Assembly: GCF_018350175.1 (NCBI RefSeq)
Contig: NC_058368.1
Span: 49,168,001-49,232,000 of the forward strand
Source: Felis catus
Taxonomy: Eukaryota
DNA length: 64,000 bases
Direction of reading: 5' to 3'
Below, in pieces: positions 38,170 to 51,599 of this stretch. The notes beneath the pieces were generated by a model, which did no database searches, had not been told where the DNA came from, and saw only the letters and a program-made list of their open reading frames with translations. How positions within the stretch are numbered: position 1 is the first letter of the stretch; the number at the start of each line of letters is the position of its first letter. Position numbers and translations under genes: made by a program.

Positions 38170-39100
38170 TCCACATCACATATAAAAAGGGAAATAAAAA
38201 TTAAAATAACAATAAGATACTAGTATGACCAAAATTCAGACACTGACAACACCAAATGCTGGTGAGGATGTGGAACAACAGAAACTCTCATACATTGTCA
38301 ATGGGAAAGAAAAGAAATGGTACAGCCACGTGAGAAGATGGTTTGACAGTTTCTTGTGAATGTAAACGTACTCATACCATACAATCTAGCATTCACACTT
38401 CTTAGTATTTACCTAAGAGTTGAAAACGTTATGTCCACATAAAAACCTGAACACAGATATTTACAGCAGCTTTATTCATAATAGCCAAAACTTGGAAGTA
38501 ACCAAGATGTTCTTTAGTAGATGAATGAATAAAAAAAGTGGTACATCCAGATAATGGAATATTACTCAGCACAAAATAAAAGACAATGAAAAGAAGTATC
38601 AAGCCCTGAAAAAAACATGGAGAAAACTTAAACACCTATTACTACATGAAAAAAAAAAAAAACCACTCTGAAAATGCTACATGTACTGTATGATTCCAAC
38701 TCTATGACATTCTGGAAAAGACAATACTATAGAGGCAGTAAAAAGATCAGTCAGTGGCTGCCAGGGGTTTGGGAAGGGAATGAACAAGTAGAGTGGAGAG
38801 GAATTATATGGAAATGAAAATACTCTGTATTAATTATACCATCATGATGGAGACATGTTATCATATATTTATCCAAACCTATAGAACACCAAGAGTGAAC
38901 CATAATGTAACCTACAGACTTTCAGTAATTATGATTTGTTAATAGAGTTTCCTCACTTATAATAAATGTACCACTCTGCTGTTGGATATTGATAATAGTG
39001 GAGGCTATGCATGTGGTCAGTGGAAGGAGGTATACGAGAAATCTCTGTACCTTCTGCTCAATTCTGCTGTGAACCCAGAACTACTCTTACAAAAATCATC
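38170..39100 (+). mobile_element. L1MC1-like 3' end nested in older L1
   Basis: CACTGACAACACCAAATGCTGGTGAGGATGTGGAACAACAGAAACTCTCA...GAAATCTCTGTACCTTCTGCTCAATTCTGCTGTGAACC. Confidence 0.8.
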
Positions 39101-39425
39101 TTTTTGCAACTATGTGGATGGAACTAGAGGGTATTATGCTAAGCAAAATTAGTCAGAGAAAGACAAATATCATATGACTTCACTCATATGAGGACTTTAA
39201 GATACAAAACATATGAATGAACATAAGGGAAGGGAGCAAAAATAATGTAAAAAACAGGGAGGGGGACAAAACATAGGAGACTCTTAAATATGGAGAACAA
39301 ACAGCGTTATTGGAGGGATTATGGGAGGGGGGATGGGCTAAATGGGTAAGGGGCATTAAGGAATCTACCCCTGAAATCATTGTTGCACTATATGCTAACT
39401 AACTTGGATGTAAATTAAAAAAAAA
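39101..39425 (+). mobile_element. 5'-truncated carnivore/feliform L1 3' end
   Basis: TTTGCAACTATGTGGATGGAACTAGAGGGTATTATGCTAAG...CTATATGCTAACTAACTTGGATGTAAATT plus A tail; AAAAATCAT on both flanks. Confidence 0.9.
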
Positions 39426-39938
39426 AAATCATTTTAATATTTTTAAAAGGCTGAGCTTCAGTCTAAAACTTTTCTGAAAAAGATGTTTTAATCTAAAAAA
39501 TAGAGAGTGAACTTTAGTATATGTAATTTAAAAAAAGAAAAAAAAAATCATTCAGGAAGCCAGGAAGTCCCAGAACAGAATGCAGACTATGACAAAAAGA
39601 ATCTTTGTAGCAAATGTATACAATAATCTCACTGAAGGAGGTTGGGCAGAAAGATGCTGCCTTCCATGACTTTGGAAATGGGTAGAGACTGGAAGACTAC
39701 AGACAAAAAGAATTGTACATAGAACTGTACTATAGTTGATAAAGTTCTATTTTTCATAAGAAGTACAAGTGAATTGTGAAAAGGACTGACATATATATTG
39801 GAATGGAACAATTAAGGAAATGCATAGCAGATCCTGGCAACTAGACTTCTCACTATTGGAGTGAGAGGGTACGTATAAGCAAGAGGGGAAGGCTACCATG
39901 CTCCACGTGATAATGGGTTGGAATTAGAGGCATAAATT

Positions 39939-40140
39939 GGGGCTCCTGGCTGTGTCAGTCAGTTAAGCATCCTACTCTTAATATAGACTCAGGTCATGAT
40001 CTCACGGTTCATGGTATCAAGCCCCAAGTCAGGCTCTGTGCTGTGGAGCCTGCTTGGGATTCTCTCTCTCCCTCTCTCTCTCTCTGCCCCTCACCTCTGC
40101 CCCCCACCTCAAAATAAATAAATAAAAACACTTTTTTTAA
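39939..40140 (+). mobile_element. CAN-SINE, older subfamily
   Basis: GGGGCTCCTGGCTGTGTCAGTCAGTTAAGC head, CAGGTCATGATCTCACGG, (CT)n, AAATAAATAAAT tail. Confidence 0.9.
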
Positions 40141-41431
40141 AAAGTTGGAGACACAAATATAAACTCATACTTACCTTGATACAGATGCAGATGAATACAG
40201 AAATACTTAAATATACGTGTATATGCACAGACTAGTATGCACACATGTTATTTCCTTCGACAACCGAGAAAGCCTAGAAGCAACAACATCCCAGTAGCAA
40301 CAAACATACCTTCTGCCCTGATCTTGTTTTTTTCCCAAAAAGAACTAAGCCTTTTTAGAGACACAGACGGTGTTATGGCTAAGGTTGTGAGTATATTAGA
40401 TGAGTCTGGACCATCTGAAAATGCCAAAAAGTAAGGAAGTGCTGCTCAAAGCACAGAAAATAATGTTAGGGATAGGTCAAAGGGACAAAAGAGCCAACTG
40501 AAAGAGTATCCAGTGGCCGAAGCCAGAATATGAGTTACAATATAAAGAAAGCACTATCACTTTATAATCCAAAGTATAAACTAACTATCTGAGCCCGTAC
40601 TGATATAAATAGTTGAATCAATAAATAAATGGTGAAAAACAGACAAATCTTCAATGAAGAAGATTCCAAATAATTATGTAGCTCCTCTTCAAGGAGGGGA
40701 AACACAGCTTCCTAAGTGTTGAATGCACACAGTGACTATCTTCCGAAGAAGATAGTATGGAAATGAGAGAAAAGTAGCTTTGCAGTGGAGAAAGCCTGAC
40801 AAACACTACCTTAGCCAAGTGATTATGAGTAAAGTCACAGTGATAAGTCATGTCAATAAGATATACCATTGATATGTGAAGAGAATGGTACTTTCTCTGT
40901 GGTCTTCCTGGCTAAAACTCAAAATGCCCTGGGGGAAGGGTGGGCAGAAGTTTAATCAAGAGGAAAACATTAGTTAAATATCAATTGAGGGGCATTCTAC
41001 ATACATCTGACAAGAGCTCCTCAAAGCTGTCAACGCCTCAAAGAAATGGATTATCTGAGAATTATCATGGTCAAGAGGAGCCTGAGGAAACATGACTAAA
41101 TGTAGTACAGTATCCTGGTTAAGATCCTAGAGATGAAATAGAACATTAGGTACAAACTGAGGAAATCTGAATGAAGTATAGACTTTAATTAATAATGATA
41201 TATCAATATCGGTTCATTAATTGGACAAAAGTACCATATTGATAGAAGATATTGATGAGCTCCCTGTAGTGTCTTCACAAATTTGCTGTAAACCTAAAGC
41301 TACTCCAAACTTTAAAAGTTTATATATTTTAAAATATGGGAGAAATTAGCATTGCTACTTCAAGGAAAGGTTCCTAAGCTAATTATAAAGTGCTAAATCA
41401 CACACACAAAATCAGACTAATGCAAACTGGC

Positions 41432-41600
41432 AGACAGCATAGTGTAGTGAAAAAAACTTTTGTTTCAGACCTGAATGCTAGTTTGTCCCACCTAACTATA
41501 AGTGTGACACTGGACAAACCCTTTAATCCTTGTGGACCTTGGTGTTTTATCTGCAAATTGTGGAAATTGGATAAAATGATATTATAGTGCCCCTTCAAAA
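41432..41600 (+). mobile_element. MIR SINE
   Basis: CAGCATAGTGTAGTG...CAGACCTGAATGC...GTGTGACACTGGACAA...ATCTGCAAA. Confidence 0.65.
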
Positions 41601-41838
41601 TGCTTCTATAAACAAGCCAAGTACATAAGCAAAACTAAGAAGAAGCCAATGGCTTGTTCTATCATATCACATATGATTTGGGAAGTACTTAATGGCTTTT
41701 TCACTGATAAATTACAGTTTCAATTTTATTTAATAAAGCCACCTTTTTGAGATTTGGATAGTAAATCATGCTAGAATATAAGAGGAAACAATGTTGCTTT
41801 ATTGCAGTAAATAGTATCTCCTTTAAAATTGTACTTTT

Positions 41839-42042
41839 TTCTTTGAGACACAGAGAGAGAGAGAGTGTGCGCATATGTGTGCATGAGCAGGAGAGGGGCA
41901 GAGGGAGAGAGAATCTCAAGTAAGCTCCGTGCCCAACACTGAGCCAGAGCCAGATGCGGGGCTCAATCTCACAACTCTGGGATCATGACCTTAGCCGAAA
42001 TCGAGAGTCAGAGGCTTAACTGCTAAGCCATCCAGGCACCCC
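41839..42042 (-). mobile_element. CAN-SINE, older subfamily
   Basis: Reverse element; TSD TAAAATTGTACTTTT at 41824-41838 and 42043-42057. Confidence 0.93.
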
Positions 42043-42399
42043 TAAAATTGTACTTTTATCTTAAAAGAATACAAAGTAGGGGTAAAAGAGAGAAGACTTT
42101 ATATCTGTTATCTTGTTCATGTATTCTCAAATAATATCACATTTTAAATAAATGTCACTTTCAGCTCCATAAATCATTGGGCTGCATTGAGAAACTGTAA
42201 CAAGACACAACATTGTAAGAGCTGAGTGTGTCATCGATTTTCAATACAAATAAAAGATTAAGTCCTCAAAAAGAAGCCTGATGGAATGGATCAAAGTCTT
42301 TGATGATTCACTTCTCTAAACTTGGTAGCCTACACTCCCAGGGGGCTATAAGGCCACTTAGAAGGCAGAAGTAAAAGAAAGTAAAATGAGGAGTGAGTC

Positions 42400-42500
42400 A
42401 GACTGGAGTCAGGACACCTGGGTTCTCATCCTAACCCTCTCATTACTTAACCAGCTGTTTCACCTTGAGCAAATATTTTTAATCTTGCTGAATTTCTTGT
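42400..42500 (+). mobile_element. MIR fragment
   Basis: GACTGGAGTCAGGACACCTGGGTTCT...CCTTGAGCAA. Confidence 0.6.
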
Positions 42501-43968
42501 TTGAGAAAGACAGTGTTGGATCACATGCTGTAATAAATGAATGAAACTCAACAATGCTGTGGATTTGTGCCTTTCTTTTGAATAGCAAGGGCTGGGGAAG
42601 GAACACTGCGTGTTCAGGGCTGGCTGCGCTAACCCCTGACCTGTGTGCTGAGCAGCATGGCTAACACTCCAGACACAGAGAGGCCACCGCCCACCTGGAG
42701 GGCAGAGGAAATTGTCCAGGAGCAATTGTTTCCATATGCATTTCCAGAAGTGAGACACAGGAGTGCTTTGGAGCTGGCAGGAAAGGGAAGCAATTTATCC
42801 TCTTTCACATCCTTCAGAAAGCTTCCTGGGGAGTTCATGACCTTGGTCTATCAAACACCTTTCTCAGTATTGATTCTTGAAAGGGAGTCAGAAGAAACCT
42901 TAAGAGTTAAGGACATTTTATTTTGAATTTCACTACATAAACGTTGCTCAGAAGCATAGCTTGTGAACCAATCTCTTTGCACACAGGTTTAACAAAATCT
43001 GTTTAAACAGAATTTGGAAGAGTAATTTTGCCAATGATATTAGGCGACGCATATTAACGTCATAAACAATGAAGTGTGTGAGGTTACTGCAATTTGCTTA
43101 AGTCATGAGTAATGTTCATCCTGTTAATAACTTTTTAGGCTTTGCTCACTGTATTATACAGTCCAATTGCAAATTGCCAGGTAAAAATTAGCAGTGTCTC
43201 TGCTTCTTCCATTAAAGCATATGGATGTCCAACCAATGGCACATCTAACACACGTGGAGAAACATTCACTTTGACTTTTCTTTATATTCTTTTCATAGGC
43301 ACAGGCTCACATCAACCTACTCCCTACCAACACAGAGAGGGAGAAAATTGAATTTCCACTAATTATATATTTAAAAAATTTCTCACAGTATAATCATAAC
43401 TGTACACTTAAAAACAAAAATGTACCTATGGCCATGGAGGTTCATGCCCTCTGATAATTTTCCCCATCCCTCAATTACGCTGACTTTTGATCACCATTTG
43501 GGAAATTTATTTTCGGTAGTTCCTGAAGCCAACAATTATGTGTTTTAAATTGTGTACTTTAAATACATAGCTCTTCTTTTCATACATCTCAGGCTGCCAC
43601 CAAGAGTTCTTGTAGTTCCTCTCACCAGTTTGGTTTTAGGGACACAGCATAGGGGCAAAGGGCCAACACTACCTCTTCCATTTATGGAGGACAGGCAAAC
43701 ATACCATCTTGCAAATATAAGCAGAATGTCCCACTGAGTCCAGAGTACAAATAACTGATTGATCCCTAACAATAGTGTAGGAGGTGATAAAACATGTTTG
43801 GTTTTGCATGGATATAATTCAAATTGCGGCTTGGTTGTTTCTAAGACTAAATACATATTAGTAGGGAACACACAAAACCAGTGGCTTTTGTTTCTTCAAC
43901 TGAAGCTTGAGAGCTGACTAACCAGTGTCACAGTGTCATATCCAATACAGGAAAGGACATTTTCATTT

Positions 43969-44070
43969 ACATATATATACACACACATATATATATGTGT
44001 GTGTATATATATATACACACACACGTATGTATATACACACATATATACATTCACATACATACACATATAT
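43969..44070. repeat. Compound (TA)n/(CA)n/(TG)n microsatellite
   Basis: Seen directly; about 100 bp of mostly alternating purine-pyrimidine. Confidence 0.9.
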
Positions 44071-45041
44071 AGGCTTGTGGTGCAGACGTTTTTAAGTAGA
44101 TGTCACTCAATTTCCATAAAAATTGTTCTATGGAAATTGGAAAGTGCTACAAGCTTAAGCTTTACAATGAAAGCATGCCTCATGAGGATAAAGGGTGTCA
44201 CAAGAGAGAATTCTATAAAACTAAAACTGCATTAAAAAAGGGAACAAAAAGCCCCACAGAGCTGTGACTGTCCTAATGGGCAGCACCCAGTATTCCAGAG
44301 CACTGTATGTGGTAACCCTCTTCGTTTGAATGGGTTACCTGAACAAATCCTGGAGAAGCAAGATTTCCCCACGGAGGATAGGAACCTGAGATGGTTTCTG
44401 TCAATATCTGAGGAATGATTCTTTCATAAGGCTACAGGTTTGCGATTGAGCTCCACTTCACCTGTGGGATTTAGACAGAAGATGTAACCAGGTGTAGCAT
44501 TCTACAGTCTGTAATAAAGGAAAACCAACTCTTCTAATATATTTTAAACAGGATGTTACTTTCTTAGATTGAGCATGTCATGTACCCTGAGAGGTACATT
44601 GTTCTTTCCTGAAAACAGACCTACAAGATAGGGCTGCTGAGAAAAGAGGTAATAGGGCCTGACAACTAGAGAATTGGATTGCCTTTACTTATGAGATGTC
44701 TACATTTTTTTATTTTTTATTTTTTTAGTGTGTTGGTTCTCATAAGATCAGAATCCTAAGAACCGAATCATCAATATGAGAATGGCAACAACTTGATTCT
44801 GTGGGAATGGTTCTCAAAAAAAAAAAAAAAAAAAAAAAGTTCCATCATTTGGGGAACTTACTGAATCCTAATAATGAAAGTGAAAATTAAAAATGATATA
44901 AGATTAATTGAGGGATGACTGTAGGTCAAATATGTTGTTATTTACTTGAGAGATACTTGTAACTACTTCATCAGCTCTCTCCTGAATACCTGGATTCAGG
45001 TACTTAAATATTATTTCATTAAGTACTCAAATATTCCTTAT

Positions 45042-45044
<3 letters not shown>

Positions 45045-45118
<74 letters not shown>

Positions 45119-45143
45119 ACACACACACACACCCATACACACA
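45045..45143. repeat. Compound (TC)n(AC)n microsatellite
   Basis: About 20 TC units followed by about 29 slightly interrupted AC units. Confidence 0.97.
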
Positions 45144-46870
45144 CCCCCATAAATATGTCACAGTATGATGCTAGATAAAGGCAGTTTCTACTTTTCTAAA
45201 GAAATCCAGAAATACAGGTTCTTATTAAGTAAAGTAAATGGTCACATTGTGATATTAGGGACCTTCTAAATGACTATAAGCATTGAATTCATCATAGGTA
45301 TGTTTTATTTCTTGAAAAAGAAAAAAAAATCTAGAGTATTCCTTAATGTGTGAGCATACTAATACCTAGATGCTAAATACAAAGACCAAAGCTCTTTCAA
45401 AATAAAATGGGATTTGGGGAAGAATTGACTCATCTCTCTTCTTCAGGGCATCTTTCAATCATATCAATGATATTTTTCCAATAACCTTATACAAACTTTA
45501 TATTACAGATTGCGCTCTATTTGCATAACTTGTTTTGTCTCTTTTGGCAAGCTCCAAGCCATCTCAGTTTTGTGCATCTGTATGTAACTCTGACCACAGG
45601 GAATACGTATGCTTCGAGCGAGGGTATGATGCAATAAATGAAAGTGGGAGAGTGCACAGACCTCACCATCAGGATGGCCACTGATGCCACCTAGAATACC
45701 TTTCTGCTCTGTGCCTAGCAGAATTCTGGGCATTTAGTAAACACTTAATATGTATTAAATTGAAGATAATGTAAAATAAATTGATCAGAAATATTATAAA
45801 CTTTATATTTTTTATTTAAAAGATACTCCTTAAGCTTGGCTCAATTTGGCTCCAATTTCTCAAGTGAATCTTCTAACGGGCACTCACTATTTTGGATTAT
45901 GCGTCTTACTTCACAGAAAATGATCTGCTGGCTAGTGACTTTCTATAATTCATATTTTCTAACCATCATTCCAATGGTTATTACTTTCAACATTTTCTCT
46001 GTTTTCAAATAAGACCAAAATAAAAGTAATCAATTATCTATTAGGCATTATGTGCTATAATTTTAAGCACTTTTTCTGATCTATCAACTTAAATGACTAT
46101 CTAACATACAGAATGGCCAGATCATCTTTACACTCAAGAGATCTTGAAAATTTGAAACTATCGATTACATTCAAGAAAATTCTAGAACAAGCCACCATTG
46201 CCATGTAACAAACTATTTGGGAAAATAATGTGATGAATACATCTTTAGTAATATTAGGACATGAAATAAACAAAAACTTAGGTCCCCGGAGAGCTTACGA
46301 CAAATTCACAGAACTAAAAAGGGCTCAGTGTACTTGATAGTCTACATAATGACTGTAGTTATGTTTCATTTTATAACTAGTAAATGAGTCATTAAATGCA
46401 TGTATACCAATTTACATTTCACGATATGCTTACTGGAGAGAAATGGTTTAATAAATGTTTTATCTATGTACCCCACTCTCCCAATCGCTGTTCAGAAAGA
46501 GTGATTTTATTTGTGGTCTAAAATGACAGTCCAAGCTTGCCTACTAATCCTTGTAATATTGCTTTTATAACATATTTCTCTGCTATTTATTCTCTTTAGC
46601 ATATTTATTTCAAATTCCATTTAATATTTCCTATCCCATGAAGTTCTTTTTCTATTATAAAGTTAATTTTTATTTCTACTGGTTTTAATGCCTCCAAAGT
46701 ATTTCTGAATTTTAATTTCTAACTTCTAGTCCTATGTATCCTATTCAGATTTGATTTGTCGTTATAGAAAGCACTATCCGAGTTCTCCTTTGTACATCTT
46801 GCCAAGCCCATTGGCATTGCCACCACCCTCGTTGGAAATGCCGCCATTTGTACTTACAGTCCCTAAGGTT

Positions 46871-47033
46871 CTTGCTACCTCAAGTGTAGTTCTGGAACCA
46901 GCAGCATAGGCATCACCTGAAAACTGGCAGAAATGCAAACTGCCAGGCCTTGCTCCAGATCCACTGAATCTGAATTGGCATTTTAACAACGTCACTGGAT
47001 AACTTGTATATGTATTAAAGTTCTAGAGGCAGA
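46871..47033. mobile_element. hAT-Charlie MITE (MER5A1-like)
   Basis: CTTGCTACCTCAAGTGTAG...ACCAGCAGCATAGGCATCACCTG...AGAAATGCAAA...CTGAATCTGAAT...CATTTTAACAA...ATTAAAGTT. Confidence 0.85.
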
Positions 47034-47829
47034 GTCTCACAACATTTTTAAAGGATCATTAAAAATCACTGCCTGCATGGTTTTCAGAAATGCTTTCAGC
47101 ACATATTTAAATGTCCCTTCTACTATCTGAGCTCTTAGAGGAAAAGGACCAGACTAGACCAAGTAGCAAATTTATCCCTTGTCTTTATTTCCCTAAAGCC
47201 ATATCAAGTTGAATGATACTCGGATACTACTCTGTCTTCTTGAGGCTTCTTTAAATGGCCAGTTATAATTCATTCAGGAAATGATCTCCAGGCTGTCGTT
47301 TTGTTTCCTTTTTGATTGAGTGTTACTCTGCTTTTTATGTTTAACCTGTATTCACTCCAGCAGCATTTTATTTATGGTTGAACTAAACTCCCATTCTTAG
47401 GACTATTTCTTCCCCACTTTATGAAAAGTCTGGAGTATGCAATGTGCAAATATAAGCATTCAAAACAGCAAGGTGTGAGATATGCATAGCATAAAAGAAC
47501 TGGTGTCCGGGCACTGCATTAGAATACAAGCCTTCTGTGAACTGTTAAGTGGACAGCACTGCCCATCGCTGTTTGTTGTTAGAGGAGGATGTGTGCAGCT
47601 GTAACGTCTACAAAATCAAAGGATCTCACCGGTCCATCATCCCAGCGACTAGCATGGTGCTGACTACAGAGTACACATTCAAAAATAAATGGAATAAATA
47701 ATATTATTCTCTTTTCATTCTAAAACACAAAAGGTTAAAATATGCAAGTTAAGCTGAGATAATAATTATTTTGAAGTTTATGATATATGCAACCATGACA
47801 AAGATCTTTAATGGCAGTATCACTTATAC

Positions 47830-47952
47830 AAGAGAAAAAGAAAAGGAAAAGGAAAAGGAAAAGGAAAAGGAAAAGGAAAAGGAAAAGGAAAAAGAAAAAG
47901 AAAAAGAAAAAGGAAAAGAAAAAGAAAAAGAAAAAGGAAAGGGGAAAAAAAA
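47830..47952. repeat. (GAAAAG/GAAAAA)n hexanucleotide purine tract
   Basis: 123 consecutive purines on the + strand. Confidence 0.97.
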
Positions 47953-50504
47953 CCCACCCACTTGTGAGGTAGAAACATAAGCCTGAAAATAAAGGTGGGG
48001 ACACAGTGTTGCTAAATTCTTGTCCCTGACATTTAAACACTGACTAACATGATAGGCAGGTAGTGAGGTAAATCAAGCTTATGGAAATACCAAGTTTTAT
48101 CTTTAAAAATGTAATTCCCTCTCATTCCGAAAAATCACATTTGAGAATTGACATAGAATTGTACTTCAAAACACAAGTGAGTCAGCAGACATCAAATAAA
48201 AACACCCACCAGCACCGATGCGGATCTCAAAACCCCCAGCTAATAAACAAGGTTTAAAGGCCTTAATAGCCTCCAGCAGCTGGGAGAACATAAGGGGGCG
48301 GAAGAAAAATGCCTCCCCTTTCCCATAACCCTGTTCTCCAACAGTTTCCCATGCTGCCCACCCACTCAGTTAATTTACTAAAAGCTTACTTACATGGAGG
48401 ACAGGAATAAGAACTCCCCAGTGCAATAAAACTCAGACAGTGATGAAATTAGAGGAATAAGCAGACTTTCAACAAGAGGTGTGTGACATTTTATACTTCT
48501 GAAAAGTCTTCAGCCAGGTAAAGGCACCATACTGCCTCTTATATTAGCCTTGATAGCAAACAGCTGGAGCTCAGCTAAATTCACACATCTCAAAGTGACA
48601 GCACTGGCTTTGGGCTACCTAGGCTGAGCCTTTCACAGCTGGAAAGAGTATAAACCGAGTATAAAATGTAGGTAGGATTCCTAAGAAATCCTTGGCTTTC
48701 ATTCATTTTATCTCCCGAATATGCCCTGTACCCAAAACAGATTATCCAAGTAGCCTGTCTAATCACCTCCAAGCGTCCACACAAATCCCAAAGACGTCAC
48801 TATGTGTTTTATTGCCCATATTTCTACTGAAAATCCTGCCTAGGTAGCAGTATCTAAAAATACTCCCAAACCCTGTTGCTTTTTCTAAAGAGGCATTCTG
48901 AAGGCTGCGTCTGTGTAGTAGAATTCCGGAAGGATTGTTTTACCTGTTCTGTTCATTAAGGTCAATTAACTTTATGTTCAACATCATTCACAACCGCACA
49001 TGTGCATAAGTGTGTTTGCAATTCACCCTGGAAAAGATAGGACAGGAAAGTAATAACTTGTATTCAGATGGCATTTATTTTTCTCTGTCGATATCAAAGG
49101 ATTAAACAAAGTGACCTAATTATTCCATGTTTTAATGTTCCTGTGAAATTAAAAAGGAAGGTAACATTTTTCCTTTCTTTTAATTTAAGGAGGGTGTGAA
49201 TGAGCAGTTTCCAATCGTATCTCATATTCAGGTTTTCTTTTATGCCATCTTCCCCCATATAGGCTCATTTATTCCCCAGCCAAGCCAGTCCCAGGACTGT
49301 ATCTTGTTTGAAAGGATTTTTATCTTTTTTCTTGACTCCTTGCAATTTCTTAACAGATATTTTGTCTTCTCTTTTCCTTTTTTGGTTATCTGTTTACTCT
49401 CCATCCCCCACCCCCACTTCTGATTCTGGGTCTCTCTCTTTTCTATGAACTTCTGAGCACTTCCAGGCTTGGGCACCTTTGCCCTCTGGCTAAATGCTGC
49501 CTGCTAGTCCACTGAGAATCTGACCTTGAAATTCAACACTTGTAGCTAATGAGAAAAACCTGTTCTGTAAAAAGGAAGAGGAGCTTAAGGAAAGTTTTAA
49601 AAGGAGTCATGTAAAACAGAGTGCTAGTTGTTGAGCAAACCATATTGCTTTAGCATTCTCTTTAAGAATTAGGGCTTTTGTGAGTTTCAGGAGTGAATTC
49701 ATCCAGCAGCAAAAAGAAGATATAATAGTGCTTAAGATCGGGGCTTTTCATTTTAACCAGAGATAAGATAACCTAAACTTTCGTTCAGTTAGTACCACTA
49801 CTTTTAGCTTTAGAAAATACTATCCACAATACAAAGAGTGGCTTATCTCTTACATTCTCAGCTCTTTCAGTGGGTGGCCTATTAATTATGCTGAAGTGCC
49901 TCATGTAATATTATATGAATTTTCCATTCAGGTAAGAGCACTGGCTACTTACAAAGCCCACACAACGGAGTACCAGATCACCTGAGCCTTCAAAGAAGAC
50001 TTTAGTCCAGAGGCAAAGGAGCCCACCGGAGAGGGCAGTGAGGGTGGGCAGCGCTTCCTAGCAGGAGTTTGGTTATGCACTGTAACTGTGTAATTATTTT
50101 TAAAATATAAGTTAATCTTTTATTGACCACTTACACTGTGCCAGCCACTGAAAGGATACAAAGATCCACAAAAGGGAAGACAGAACACTATGGTGATGAT
50201 GATGATGGCAGAAGTGGTGTTGGTGAGGGTTTGGAACTTCTGCCCATCACAAGTGGCACAGGTAAAGGAAAGCAGGGCAAGTGTTACAGGAAAGGTCATC
50301 AGTATTTAGGTTGGATTAGAGGAAGGAAAGTTGGAGGCCACTGGGAACTTATTTTGACAGTTCTGGTGAGAAGTAATGAGAATGTATTCTCAGAAAGTAG
50401 TCACAGAAAGCGTGAGATAGATTGTACTCTTTTTTGAAACTAGAATATATATTTCAGTTCTTGAAAATAAAACGTCCAGCCATGTACCAAATACTGATGA
50501 CAGA

Positions 50505-50722
50505 TTAGGTACAGAGTTTGGCTTAGACCTATCTGAGCTTGATTTCTGGTTCTGCCACATGGCTGTGTTAACCCTGGATAAGATAACCTATCTCTTTAAG
50601 CCCCAATTTCCTCATCTATAAATATAACTAGTTACATAACTGCTTTCAGGATTAATAATTATATAAAGGATATAGCACAGTACCAGACATTTAGCAAGTT
50701 CTCAGAAATAATAGCTATTACC
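50505..50722 (+). mobile_element. MIR SINE
   Basis: CTGGTTCTGCCAC...ACCCTGGATAAG...AATTTCCTCATCTATAA...CAGGATTAA...TAGCACAGTACC...AATAGCTATTA. Confidence 0.75.
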
Positions 50723-50917
50723 AACGTCATGCTATAGCTTTCATTCTCTTGTGTTCTTTGTGATATCACGCACTGAGATGTAACAACTGGGTCAGGATGA
50801 ATCTATCCAAGATGACGTCGTACTTATCTGTTCAGATTATTAGCCAGAGGATTTGTCATGTGGCTAAAATCAATTATTGAGACAACTGAGATGAATGAAT
50901 AAGAGAGGTTGAAGATC

Positions 50918-51405
50918 TGGGTCCCCAAACTCAGCAGCCTACATAAGTGAAGCAGGTAAAATTGTGTGTAAATTGAGTAAGATGATACTATACTCTGATG
51001 GGACCCAAAGGATGTGTGCCGTAACTAATGGAATTCAATTTTTGTTTGTTTATTTGTTTGTTTGCTGGCCAACAAGGGGCTGGGCTTGCAGCTTTGTATA
51101 GAGTGTAGTGGTTCAGAACAACCATGTTGACTGTGGTCCACACAGTAAGATGGATTTTAATATATCACAACAGCATTTGTGTAGATTCATCTAAAACAAA
51201 ACTTCTCAAAACAGTACTTAAAACATGTAAATCTTATCGAAACTCTGTAGTCCATTCTGGTCCATTCCATTCCACTCCATTTCTTTATATTGTTTTCTTT
51301 CTTTTCCTATTCTATCCTATCTCATTCAAATAAAATCCTGGGACGAATCTTCTAAATTCATTTTTCTAGTCAATGGGTCAAAACCCATAGTTTATGAAAC
51401 TCATT
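50918..51405. mobile_element. Two adjacent hAT-Charlie MITE remnants (MER102/Charlie18-like, then MER119-like)
   Basis: GGGTCCCCAAACTCAG...GCCTAC...GCAGGTAA and CCTATTCTATCCTATCTCAT...AATGGGTCAAAACCCATAGTTT resemble recalled consensus termini. Confidence 0.45.
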
Positions 51406-51599
51406 TTAATAATGGTTTAAGAAATGTTGGTGGCACTTCTATCAGTAAACATTTTGAAATAAAAAGCATAGAGATAGACATCTATTAATCTGTTCTTTAA
51501 ATGTTATGAAAACTTTCAATCTATTTAAATAAAAATATAAGCAGAAGTTATATCATTTTCTCACAGCACCACTTGGTGAGGTCTATACCAACCTCCCTA

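Larger units (their letters stand above)
37430..41335 (+). mobile_element. L1MC3-like ORF2 end and long 3'UTR hosting nested insertions
   Basis: L1 ORF2-end motifs at 37430-37975; 3'UTR breaks at 38164 and resumes at about 39504 (AGAGTGAAC on both sides); CCTAGAAGCAACAACATCCCAGTAGCAA and GTGGAGAAAGCCTGACAAACACTACCTTAGCCAAG are L1MC3/4-type motifs. Confidence 0.75.

Noticed and set aside
42685..42710. CTCF-like motif CACCTGGAGGGCAG (and ACCGGAGAGGGCAG near 50025)
   Set aside because: Mismatches at several core positions; not supportable without a PWM score or ChIP data.
44311..44339. 8-bp inverted repeat GGTAACCC/GGGTTACC and an LRRCT-like translation (VCGNPLRLNGLP)
   Set aside because: A stem this short is expected by chance in 64 kb; no good splice sites or further homology.
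47771..47980. (EK)n charged-helix ORF
   Set aside because: Artefact of the hexanucleotide purine repeat.
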